DNA from: a virus
Lineage: Duplodnaviria; Heunggongvirae; Uroviricota; Caudoviricetes
Strand: one strand, 5' to 3'
IMG/VR virus record: IMGVR_UViG_3300024303_000028
Span: 1 to 44,612 of that record
Length of the DNA: 44,612 nucleotides
Below, one piece after another: positions 1 to 7,939 of this stretch; within the stretch, counting starts at the first letter, position 1, and the number at the start of each line of letters is the position of its first letter. A program made the translations under genes and the position numbers. A model generated the notes under the pieces. It did not search any database, had not been told where the DNA came from, and worked only from the letters and a program-made list of their open reading frames with translations.

Positions 1-109
1 GGTGGGTTGCGCTGTCCGGCTGTGCCGTGTGGCGCGTCCGGGGCGGCGTGTCCGCTTCCCCTTCCGCCTGTATAGCGGCGGGGGTGGGGTGGGTTGCGCT
101 GTCCGGCTG
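1..109 (+). repeat. 22-bp exact direct repeat GGTGGGTTGCGCTGTCCGGCTG (1-22 and 88-109)
   Basis: Read directly; the core TGTCCGGCTG recurs at ~150-159 and ~1650-1659; may extend left of the window. Confidence 0.85.
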
Positions 110-120
110 GATATATGACC

Positions 121-154
121 AAACAGAAAAGGACAGCCCCGCGCGGGGCTGTCC
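121..154 (-). terminator. Rho-independent terminator of the minus-strand HTH gene
   Basis: Perfect 10-bp stem GGACAGCCCC-gcgc-GGGGCTGTCC (131-154) with an A-tract at 121-130 (U-tract on the minus strand), just past the TAA at 169. Confidence 0.8.
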
Positions 155-168
155 GGCTGATTATTAGG

Positions 169-1389
169 TTATGCATTCGCGGCGGCACGTTCCGCCTTCT
201 TGCGGGCGCGGTACTCGCGATAATATGCGGCGTTGTGCGCGGCCTTGTGCGCGGCCTTGCCCGCCTCTGTCCGGCGGCTGTCCGCGCCCCTATCGTGCGC
301 GGCGGCGGCTGTACGCTCATCGGCGGCGGCTGTGTACTTGTCAGCGTTGAACATAGGAAGCAGGGTTGGCGCGTGTTCGCGGATGTATTCCGCGCACGTC
401 CCGCGCATGATAGCAATATTCCGGCATACTGTGCGGCGGTCGCGTCCGGTTTTGCGGGCGATTGCGTCCACACTATACCCGGCGGCAAGCAAGCGGGCAA
501 TTTCACGTTGCACAGGGCGGCACAGGGCAAGGGCGCGGGGCAGGTGTTCGCGGATTGTCTCCACGTTGACGCGCACGGCGGGCGGGCAGTCGGTCAGCGT
601 CCAGCCGTCGCCGCCCTTGATAATGCGGGCAATAGCCGTGCCGATTGCTATCAAGTCGCCGCCGTCCTCCCGAATGTATTCCGTGGACATTTCGCGCACA
701 GTCGCGGCCCGCTGTGCATGTATGGACAGATTCGCGGACAGATAAGCGGCGCGGACGTGTTCGCGGGGCGTTCCTTCCGGGTCAGCCGTCCCGCGCAGGT
801 GTTCGCCCGCATGCTTGCCCTTTTCAAAGGTGTAACCGTTGACGATACCCGCCATGGCGGCGGCGTACATGTCTTGCGCGTCATGTCCGGCAGTTGCAAG
901 GGCGGCAAGGATAGCGGGGGCGGCGGCCTCCCATTCCATGCCCGCAACGTCATAACGCACAGCGGCGGCGTTCACCCGGTCAAGGTCGGCAAGGGCGGCG
1001 CGCTGTGTATCCGTCCCGCCGTGTTCGCATGCATGCACAAGCGTTTTCCGCGCAACCATGACGGCGGCGCGAATCATGCCGGGGGCATAGGGCAAGCCGT
1101 CCGGGGTCAGCGTTGCGGGGGCAACGCGCACAGCGGCGGCAAGGGCGGCACGTCCGGCGGCGTTGACACGTTCGCGGACATGGTCAGCGGGGGCGGCGGT
1201 CAGCGTGTCCAGCATGGCGGCGTGTACGTCACGCATAGCGGCGGGGTCAGCCTTGACGGCGGCGCGGATAGCGGCGCGGCGTACAGCCCGCATAGCGGCG
1301 GCGTGTCCCCCATTGGCAAGGGCGGCGGCGTACAGGTCAGCGGCGGGCAGGGTAACAGAGGCGCGGGCGGTGTTGGCATTGTACAGCAT
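169..1389 (-). CDS. Ala-rich putative sigma-70-like / LuxR-type HTH transcription factor (406 aa)
   Basis: SD GGAGGAA on the minus strand at ~1398-1404; C-terminal region-4-like HTH (PVQREIARLLAAGYSVDAIARKTGRDRRTVCRNI); DAQDMYAAAMAGI resembles sigma region 2; own terminator downstream. Confidence 0.6.
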   Translation of the reverse strand: MLYNANTARASVTLPAADLYAAALANGGHAAAMRAVRRAAIRAAVKADPAAMRDVHAAMLDTLTAAPADHVRERVNAAGRAALAAAVRVAPATLTPDGLPYAPGMIRAAVMVARKTLVHACEHGGTDTQRAALADLDRVNAAAVRYDVAGMEWEAAAPAILAALATAGHDAQDMYAAAMAGIVNGYTFEKGKHAGEHLRGTADPEGTPREHVRAAYLSANLSIHAQRAATVREMSTEYIREDGGDLIAIGTAIARIIKGGDGWTLTDCPPAVRVNVETIREHLPRALALCRPVQREIARLLAAGYSVDAIARKTGRDRRTVCRNIAIMRGTCAEYIREHAPTLLPMFNADKYTAAADERTAAAAHDRGADSRRTEAGKAAHKAAHNAAYYREYRARKKAERAAANA

Positions 1390-1419
1390 GGGTGTTCCTT
1401 CCTCCCCACATGGGCGGGG

Positions 1420-1480
1420 ATACCGGGTATTATGTCAGCCCCCGGCGGCTGTATTCATCCCCGGTTTGCATACCGGGTAT
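1420..1480. promoter_or_regulatory. Two identical palindromic boxes ATACCGGGTAT (1420-1430, 1470-1480), candidate operators
   Basis: ATACC-G-GGTAT palindrome present twice, 50 bp apart, directly upstream of the HTH gene start. Confidence 0.5.
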
Positions 1481-1522
1481 ACCCTGTATATTCGACATAC
1501 ACCCGCCGTTTTCCTGCTTGTC

Positions 1523-1704
1523 CCTGCAAAAATTTGTCTTAAATTTTCGCATAAAATGCAGGAATGCCCCTGCAATCCTGCAAAATCGCCAGGATGAACC
1601 ACAGCGGCCACAAATGCCCTAAAAAGCCCCCTGTAAGCTCTTGCAGGCATGTCCGGCTGTATCTGTCGGCCGTCCTGCAAAACGGCTGTAAAGGGCCTTG
1701 CAGG
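1523..1704. repeat. Cluster of CCTGCAA heptamers in both orientations
   Basis: Exact copies on + at 1523, 1569, 1577, 1674 and on - at 1641, 1698; near-copies at 1557(-) and 1630(+). Confidence 0.8.
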
Positions 1705-1970
1705 CCGTCCCAGGGTACAACATACGCGCCATTGTAACGACTTGCATTTTTCAATGAAGGGAAACGGTCTGCCGCATGTGTCCAGCGCGGAAATGGTGAA
1801 GGGACACGGATAACGCCTGTGCGGTTTTTCAATATCTGCTGTGATGGTTCGCAGCTGACAAGGTGAAAGGGAAGGAAAGAGGGGGAGAAGGGGGAAAAGA
1901 GGGGGAAAACGGCTGACAGGTTTTTGAATAACCGTTGATAGGGTGTATATATACGCATGGTTGCAGCCGT

Positions 1971-2075
1971 CGCCCCTGCCCACGTTCGCCCCTTGTCTAT
2001 GCCCCTGCCGCCGTCCGTCCGTCCATGTGTCCCCCTGCCGCCGTCCGTCTATGTGGTATTTTGCCCCTATGCCAC
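1971..2075 (+). repeat. Degenerate ~30-bp tandem repeat (GCCCCTGCCGCCGTCCGTCYATGTG-like), ~4 units
   Basis: CCCCTGCC at 1973, 2002, 2032 and a degenerate unit at ~2063; 18-bp exact copy at 2002-2019 and 2032-2049. Confidence 0.75.
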
Positions 2076-2365
2076 AAAGGGGGGTGTTTTCCATATTTTG
2101 ACGCCCCCTGCCACGCGCCACGAGCCGGGAGTTGTTCACTCTCCCACACCCACTTCCCTCACCTCCCTCCCTGGCGTTCTCTTCCATCTTCTCATATTTT
2201 GCTCATTATTTGTCTCAACAAATTTTGATTACTCCCCTTTAATTTGCAAGTTTGGTTATGAAGCTTGCATTTTCCGAATTAGCAAAATGCAGATTTATAC
2301 CCCATTTCATCCTGGCTATTATCCATTTTCTACATTAAGAGTGTAATAATTATTTAACTTTTACA

Positions 2366-2394
2366 TTGATTTACATGGTGTTTTGTGATATAAT
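2366..2394 (+). promoter_or_regulatory. Host sigmaA/sigma70-type promoter with extended -10
   Basis: TTGATT (2366-2371), 17-bp spacer, TG at 2386-2387, TATAAT (2389-2394); AT-rich upstream region. Confidence 0.8.
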
Positions 2395-2441
2395 TCATAG
2401 TGTCAAAACCAACCGTTTTCCCGATTGCCAAGGAGGTACTT

Positions 2442-3251
2442 ATGGCAGAGATCATCCAAGTAGACTTTACGACAGGCCGGCGGATGGCCACCACGGAAAC
2501 CCCCAGCATGGGTATGCCTATCAGGCGTACTCTCTCTGCTGAGCAGCTCTCTCCCGCAGAGTCCTGTGTCCAGAGCGAACTGGCTGAAGACCATGCTGCT
2601 GATCCCATCAAGAACGTAGAGGACATCGAACGCCTCTCTCAGCACCTGATTTCTCAGAACCGCTACCGCGACAACATGCTCTTCATCGTGGGCATTAACC
2701 TCGGCCTTCGCGTTTCCGATCTGGTCACTCTCCGGTTCTCAGATCTGATCGATGAGAGCTACGCCTTCAAGACTACCTTCCCGGTTCTGGAGAAGAAAAC
2801 GAAGAACACCCGTAAGGCAAAGCGTAACCGCTACCTGACGATCAATGAGGCAATTATGGATGCGGTAGAACTCTACCTGAGTCACCACCCGGCGAAACTC
2901 GATGACTATATGTTCAAGAGTGAGAGCAACCGAGGTGGTAACCAGAACAGGCCACTGGCGACCTACTCAGTGGAACGCATCCTGAAGAAGGCTGCCTCCG
3001 AGATCGGGCTCGAATGCCATGTGGCTACGCACACGCTCCGTAAGACCTTCGGCTATCACCAGATGGCGATGGGAGGGAACGACCCCCGCAGGCTTCTGCT
3101 CCTGCAAAAGATCTTCGGTCACTCTTCTGTAGCGCAGACTCTCGAATACATCGGAATCACCGATGAGGAAATCGAGGATGCGTACAGGGGATTGAACCTC
3201 GGTAGCAAGAAGTGCTACTCCAAGTTCTCCGCTATCCGAGAGATCGGTTAA
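2442..3251 (+). CDS. Tyrosine recombinase/integrase family protein (269 aa)
   Basis: SD AAGGAGG 2430-2436 favours ATG 2442 over the track start at 2400; catalytic motifs GLRVSDL, HTLRKTF, FGHSS, TLEYIG. Confidence 0.92.
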   Translation: MAEIIQVDFTTGRRMATTETPSMGMPIRRTLSAEQLSPAESCVQSELAEDHAADPIKNVEDIERLSQHLISQNRYRDNMLFIVGINLGLRVSDLVTLRFSDLIDESYAFKTTFPVLEKKTKNTRKAKRNRYLTINEAIMDAVELYLSHHPAKLDDYMFKSESNRGGNQNRPLATYSVERILKKAASEIGLECHVATHTLRKTFGYHQMAMGGNDPRRLLLLQKIFGHSSVAQTLEYIGITDEEIEDAYRGLNLGSKKCYSKFSAIREIG

Positions 3252-3597
3252 GAGAAGTATGCACCTTGAAAACTTCAGAGATATTATGGAAGGAAGTTAC
3301 CCCCAGAGCAACCAACGCGAGGACGCCTGACAGATGACCAGTAAGGTCAGGCCGAGCGTGGGCTATGCGAGTAGCGGAATTCCGAGAACGCGAAGCACCT
3401 TTTACTACACTGGTCACTTGGATAAAGCCAATCCGGTCTGGATGGTATGGATCTGTGGACGATCGGAGGGCTGTCAAGTAGCAACGGAGTTAGAGTGTTA
3501 GGTCTATTTTCACATTTGAAATAAAGGGTGTGTGTATTATAAGGCCCCTTTCCTACACCCCTTGATTTTACTGGGTTTGCAGACTTGAAAATCCAAT

Positions 3598-3630
3598 TTT
3601 AGCACCAAAAATATGCGACTTGGTGCTAAA
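3598..3630. promoter_or_regulatory. 11-11-11 inverted repeat TTTAGCACCAA-N11-TTGGTGCTAAA, candidate protein-binding or recombination site
   Basis: Perfect 11-bp arms, overlapped by the imperfect direct repeat AAATCCA(A/G)TTTTA at 3589-3601 and 3628-3640. Confidence 0.6.
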
Positions 3631-3695
3631 TCCAGTTTTACTAAACAGACTAACACTTATACTAAACTTTCAACTAGGTTTAAGGGGGTATCATT

Positions 3696-4967
3696 ATTAT
3701 CAGGGTTTGCGATGCCATTATGGGCACCGGCAAGAGTCAAAGCGCAATCGCTTATATGAATGCGCACCCCAATGATAGGTTTATCTATATTTCTCCTTTT
3801 CAATCTGAGGCGAACCGCATTGCGACTAACTGTCCAGAGCTGGACTTTGTGGAGCCGCTTGACCGCAAGCCTCAGTACCAGTATACGAAAACTGGCCATA
3901 CGAGACACTTGTTGCTGGAGGGGCGGAACATCGCCTCCACACATCAGTGCTTTAAGTTCTATACGCCCGATATGTTGGAGATGATTACCAAGCAAGGCTA
4001 CACGCTGATCATCGATGAGAACGTCACGACGATCGACAGCTTCGTGTATCATCCTGATGATTTGGAGATCGCTGTTCGTGGCGGTCTGCTTCGCGAGGAT
4101 GGCGACACCTATACTGTTACTGATGTAGAGTACGCCGGTGTCGCACTCGCACAGATGATGCGTTTATTCAAATCACGCAATCTATTCAAACACAAGGTGA
4201 AGGGTGGCAGAGAAGCCGTTTGGTTCTGGTCACTACCCGTCGACCTCCTGACTGCCTTTAAGGACGTCTTCATTCTAACGTATATGTTTGAGGGACAGGA
4301 TCTGCATCAACACCTGACGATGAACGGTCTCCACTATCAGAAGATAGGTGTGAGGCGCACGCAGGAGGGTGGATGGGAGTTCGCCGAGTCGGACTTCTAC
4401 ATCCCGGAGTATGTCGGTACGCTGTCCCAGCACATACATATTTGTGACCATAGTAAATTGAATAGCATTGGGGACGATGAATCGTCTCTCTCTATGAACT
4501 GGTTTAAGACCAGACCTGACCAAGTCGATAAGCTGGCTAATAACATCAGCAACTATTTCCGCAATCTGATGAGCGACTTTGAAAGTGACGTCCGGCTCTG
4601 GTCTACCTATAAGAATGAGATTGCAAAGCTAAGGCAGAAGGGCTTCTACAGATCACATCTGCCCTTTAACCACCGCGCATCGAACGAATACCGTAATCGA
4701 AGGGTACTGGTGTATGCTGTGAATGTCTACTACAATGTAGAGACCAAGCGATTCCTGAAGCATCATGGTGCCGAGGTTAACGAGGATCAATATGCACTCT
4801 CGACCATGTTACAGTGGATCTGGCGATCCGCGATCCGTGATGGCGAGGATATTTATATCTATATTCCCAGCAGCCGTATGCGCCGACTCCTGACTGAATG
4901 GATTAAAGACGTCGAGAAGCAGTACAAGGAGTACGCAGAACGAAACATTAGAAAGGAGGAACGCTGA
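3696..4967 (+). CDS. Compact SF2 (DEAD/DEAH-like) helicase/ATPase; probable non-AUG (ATT) start
   Basis: Walker A MGTGKS, Walker B LIIDE, C-terminal LQWIWRSAIR; in-frame IRVCDAI precedes ATG 3720, bounded by TAA at 3681; SD-like AAGGGGGT at 3682-3689. Confidence 0.75.
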   Translation: MIRVCDAIMGTGKSQSAIAYMNAHPNDRFIYISPFQSEANRIATNCPELDFVEPLDRKPQYQYTKTGHTRHLLLEGRNIASTHQCFKFYTPDMLEMITKQGYTLIIDENVTTIDSFVYHPDDLEIAVRGGLLREDGDTYTVTDVEYAGVALAQMMRLFKSRNLFKHKVKGGREAVWFWSLPVDLLTAFKDVFILTYMFEGQDLHQHLTMNGLHYQKIGVRRTQEGGWEFAESDFYIPEYVGTLSQHIHICDHSKLNSIGDDESSLSMNWFKTRPDQVDKLANNISNYFRNLMSDFESDVRLWSTYKNEIAKLRQKGFYRSHLPFNHRASNEYRNRRVLVYAVNVYYNVETKRFLKHHGAEVNEDQYALSTMLQWIWRSAIRDGEDIYIYIPSSRMRRLLTEWIKDVEKQYKEYAERNIRKEER

Positions 4968-5155
4968 TGCTAAATCCGCAATGTGCAACATGCATCTGGA
5001 GTGGTCAGTGCTTTTCAGCTTCTTGCTGTGACGACTACTATCCAACCACACCCGAGGCCGAGGAATCAGTCGACAGTGAGATGCTGGCACGACATCGCGC
5101 CGAGTATCATGAAGACTGGAATGAGGCGGTTGAGCGCCGTATATTTTTTGCCTAA
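4967..5155 (+). CDS. Small Cys-rich, acidic hypothetical protein (62 aa)
   Basis: SD AAAGGAGG upstream; start overlaps helicase stop (TGATG); CxxC-x5-C-x4-CC. Confidence 0.75.
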   Translation: MLNPQCATCIWSGQCFSASCCDDYYPTTPEAEESVDSEMLARHRAEYHEDWNEAVERRIFFA

Positions 5156-5191
5156 CCTAAACCAGCAGTTTTTCAGATTGGAGGTAGATTG

Positions 5192-7939
5192 ATGGCAAAA
5201 CAGCAAGCTCCCCACCGGTATATTTTTAAGATTCATAGCACCCGCCTCAGGAAGGCGAAGTGGAACCTGACACTAACGCTGCCAGATGCTCGCCGCAATG
5301 ACGAGATGATCGCACTGAATGAGAGCCAGATGATCCGATGGATCGATGAGCTCAACCAGTCTGGTAACTTGGTGGAAGAGGTTAACAAGCTAAAGCAGGA
5401 TATTCGTTTCCTGCGCAAACAGCCATCTACCCTGCAGAATCGCAAGGAGATCAAGCGGCTGTACGGTGAGCTGGACTCAAAGCAGTTCATCACCGACTAT
5501 ATACATATTATTATCGATAAGAACAGCGACTACATGCGAGCCTGTAAGGGATTCAGGGTCAATGGTGTTTCCTACGTCCGTTTGCTCGGCACGAGTGGCG
5601 GCGTTAAAATGTCGACCATTGTTTTTGTGAGCGAGAGGCTCGCGCCCGAGTTGCGTAAGCGTATTGACAATGGACGCGATATGAACCTGGAGCAGATCCC
5701 TGCCAAGTTCGAGGCATACAGAGCATTGACCTGCAGCGGATCTATCCCTGTGTCGATGCCGAATGGCGTTCTGATCGTCCAAGACTGTGAGACCACTTTC
5801 CATGAAGACGTCATCATGTTGAATGATGAGGGGCGTGTGGAGCCTCTGATGGAAGTGATAAAGAATCATGAGATCAAGATGAATGCGTCAGACGGCTTCG
5901 GTCTCATGCTCCCGTCCCTCGCTACTCGCTGGTCAGATGAGTTACATTTGGACTATGTAGTGAGTGGCGTTAATACTCGCTTCGCATGGGAGAAGGGTAT
6001 GGTATTCTGCTTCGACTTCTTAGCTTTTGCAGAGAAGATTGCCGGCGATTACATTGTGAAGGATGCCTGGGGCAACGATGTAGATATCCGTACTGTGGAG
6101 CTTATTCTGACGACATCGATGGTAAAGCTGTGGTCAAGCTATGAGAGTGCGGAACATTATTTCCGCTGTTGCGCCGAAAACCACTATACGTTCGGCATTG
6201 CTAAGACGAGTCCGCGGGTGCTAGACGATTACCGCGCACTCAATTATCAGTTTATCCAGAGCTATGACCTGACCGATGAACAGATCGATGAGCTGATCCA
6301 GCCTACCGTTGACGAGATTCGTGCTGTCGTTAATGGAGATTATCGACAGGCTATGCTGTTTCTGGGTGCAACAAATCTGACAGAAGAGACAGTTGAGCAG
6401 CAACTCGGCCGCACCCAGCTATTGGATACGCTGATGGTGAATCCGGAAGCGTTCAACGATCCGTATGTCAAAAAGACGCTCTATCAGTTGATCGAGTCCC
6501 GCATCGATCGTGCGAAGATTGGCGTGCTGGATGTTCATGGGAACTATTCCATTGTTAGTGGCGATCCGTATGCGTTATGCCAGAGTGTGTTTGGTTTGGA
6601 TGTTACGGGTCTGCTAAAGGCGGGACAGCTCTACAATCGTTATTGGGTTGATGATGGAGTTACTGAGGTGGCATGCTTCCGTGCGCCGATGTCTTGCCAC
6701 AATAATGTGCGCCGGCTTAGTGTATTTCATAATGAACAGATCGACTACTGGTATCAGTACATCCGCACCTGTTCGATTTTGAATGCGTGGGATACAACGA
6801 CCGCTGCTCTGAATGGCTGTGACTTCGACGGCGACTTGTTGTTTATCACAGACAACAAGGTCTTGGTAGAAAATATCCGGCCGACACTTACTGTTATGTG
6901 TGTCCAGCGAAAGGGTACGAAATGCGTGCCAACCGAAGATGATCTGGTGAAGGCTAATATCGCCAGCTTCGGAGACGATATTGGCCGGACGACGAACTGG
7001 GTTACTTCTATGTATGATGTTCAGTCGAGGTACTCGCGGGGCAGCGTGGCACATGATACGTTGCAGTATCGCATTATTAGTGGACAGCTTTATCAGCAGA
7101 ACGCGATCGATAAGGCTAAGGGTATTGTCTGTCAGCCCATGCCGCGGTCTTGGTACGACTATCACGGCAATGCGCTGCCCGAGAATTATAGCGACGAGGA
7201 TGTGGAGCAGCGTAATCTGTATCTGTCTATCCTTGCTGACAAGAAGCCGTATTTTATGCGCTACATCTACCCGGACCTGATGAAGCAGTACAATACATAT
7301 ATTACCAATACAAATGCGAAGTGCGGTATGCTTTTCAGAATGAATGTAGAGGATATGCAGGCATTGCCTGATGATCAGCTGACAGAGGAGCAACGACAAT
7401 TTCTTCATTATTACCGCACCCGTATGCCTGTGAGTCTTGAAGATAGCGTCATGAATCGCATCTGTAAGAAGATCGAGCGTACTCTTTCCGTAGACCTCAA
7501 GGCTTGCATGGGTAAGTCTCAGTTCGACAACAATCTGCTGAGCAGCAATAGCGAGTATGTACAAAGTCAGATGCTCCAAATCACACAGCTATATAAGCAG
7601 TATAAACAGGCCGTGAAAGAATTATTGTCGAAGCGAATCACTAGCAGTGACGATGAGGATCGCCGGCGTAATGCTCAGGAGTTACTGAAGCGCCAGTTCC
7701 GCATTGATGCCTTGTCTGTATGTAGTGATGCACAGCAACTGTGTAGCATTATTGTCGATATGTGTTATAAGCATGAATCCGCTAAACGCTTCGCGTGGGA
7801 TATCTGCGGATCTGAGATGCTGGATAATTTATTCCGCGCCGGTGGGTACAGGCTGACTTATCCTGCGAGTAGCCCCGATGGCGAGCTCAGCTTTCGCGGG
7901 CGAAACTACACTATGGTAACAAAGGAGTGTGCTGTATGA
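5192..7939 (+). CDS. yonO: YonO-like single-subunit DNA-dependent RNA polymerase (double-psi beta-barrel)
   Basis: Catalytic GCDFDGD (DFDGD at 6821-6835), upstream FRAP motif, downstream AIDKAKG; ~915 aa; position ahead of head genes as in SPbeta; SD GGAGG at 5180-5184. Confidence 0.92.
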   Translation: MAKQQAPHRYIFKIHSTRLRKAKWNLTLTLPDARRNDEMIALNESQMIRWIDELNQSGNLVEEVNKLKQDIRFLRKQPSTLQNRKEIKRLYGELDSKQFITDYIHIIIDKNSDYMRACKGFRVNGVSYVRLLGTSGGVKMSTIVFVSERLAPELRKRIDNGRDMNLEQIPAKFEAYRALTCSGSIPVSMPNGVLIVQDCETTFHEDVIMLNDEGRVEPLMEVIKNHEIKMNASDGFGLMLPSLATRWSDELHLDYVVSGVNTRFAWEKGMVFCFDFLAFAEKIAGDYIVKDAWGNDVDIRTVELILTTSMVKLWSSYESAEHYFRCCAENHYTFGIAKTSPRVLDDYRALNYQFIQSYDLTDEQIDELIQPTVDEIRAVVNGDYRQAMLFLGATNLTEETVEQQLGRTQLLDTLMVNPEAFNDPYVKKTLYQLIESRIDRAKIGVLDVHGNYSIVSGDPYALCQSVFGLDVTGLLKAGQLYNRYWVDDGVTEVACFRAPMSCHNNVRRLSVFHNEQIDYWYQYIRTCSILNAWDTTTAALNGCDFDGDLLFITDNKVLVENIRPTLTVMCVQRKGTKCVPTEDDLVKANIASFGDDIGRTTNWVTSMYDVQSRYSRGSVAHDTLQYRIISGQLYQQNAIDKAKGIVCQPMPRSWYDYHGNALPENYSDEDVEQRNLYLSILADKKPYFMRYIYPDLMKQYNTYITNTNAKCGMLFRMNVEDMQALPDDQLTEEQRQFLHYYRTRMPVSLEDSVMNRICKKIERTLSVDLKACMGKSQFDNNLLSSNSEYVQSQMLQITQLYKQYKQAVKELLSKRITSSDDEDRRRNAQELLKRQFRIDALSVCSDAQQLCSIIVDMCYKHESAKRFAWDICGSEMLDNLFRAGGYRLTYPASSPDGELSFRGRNYTMVTKECAV

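Noticed and set aside
94-1542. 482-aa plus-strand ORF and other overlapping ORFs (233-745, 645-842, 651-953, 1163-1597, 1200-1409)
   Set aside because: Gly/Arg-rich shadow frames of the GC-rich minus-strand gene, which alone has an SD, an HTH motif and a terminator
1971-2075. Possible mini-CRISPR array
   Set aside because: Units are contiguous degenerate tandem repeats with no unique spacers, and no cas genes are present
1435-2346. ORFs 1435-2187(-), 1539-1958(-), 1935-2228(+), 1957-2346(+)
   Set aside because: Low-complexity translations of DNA repeats and purine/pyrimidine tracts (DGRRQG, PLPPSV); no SD or protein motifs
3259-3500. Short ORFs after recombinase 1 (MHLENFRDIME..., a frame continuing past an in-frame TGA, and track ORF 3232-3477 -)
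   Set aside because: Weak SDs, no recognisable motif, and read-through unsupported; may hide a small gene but cannot be called
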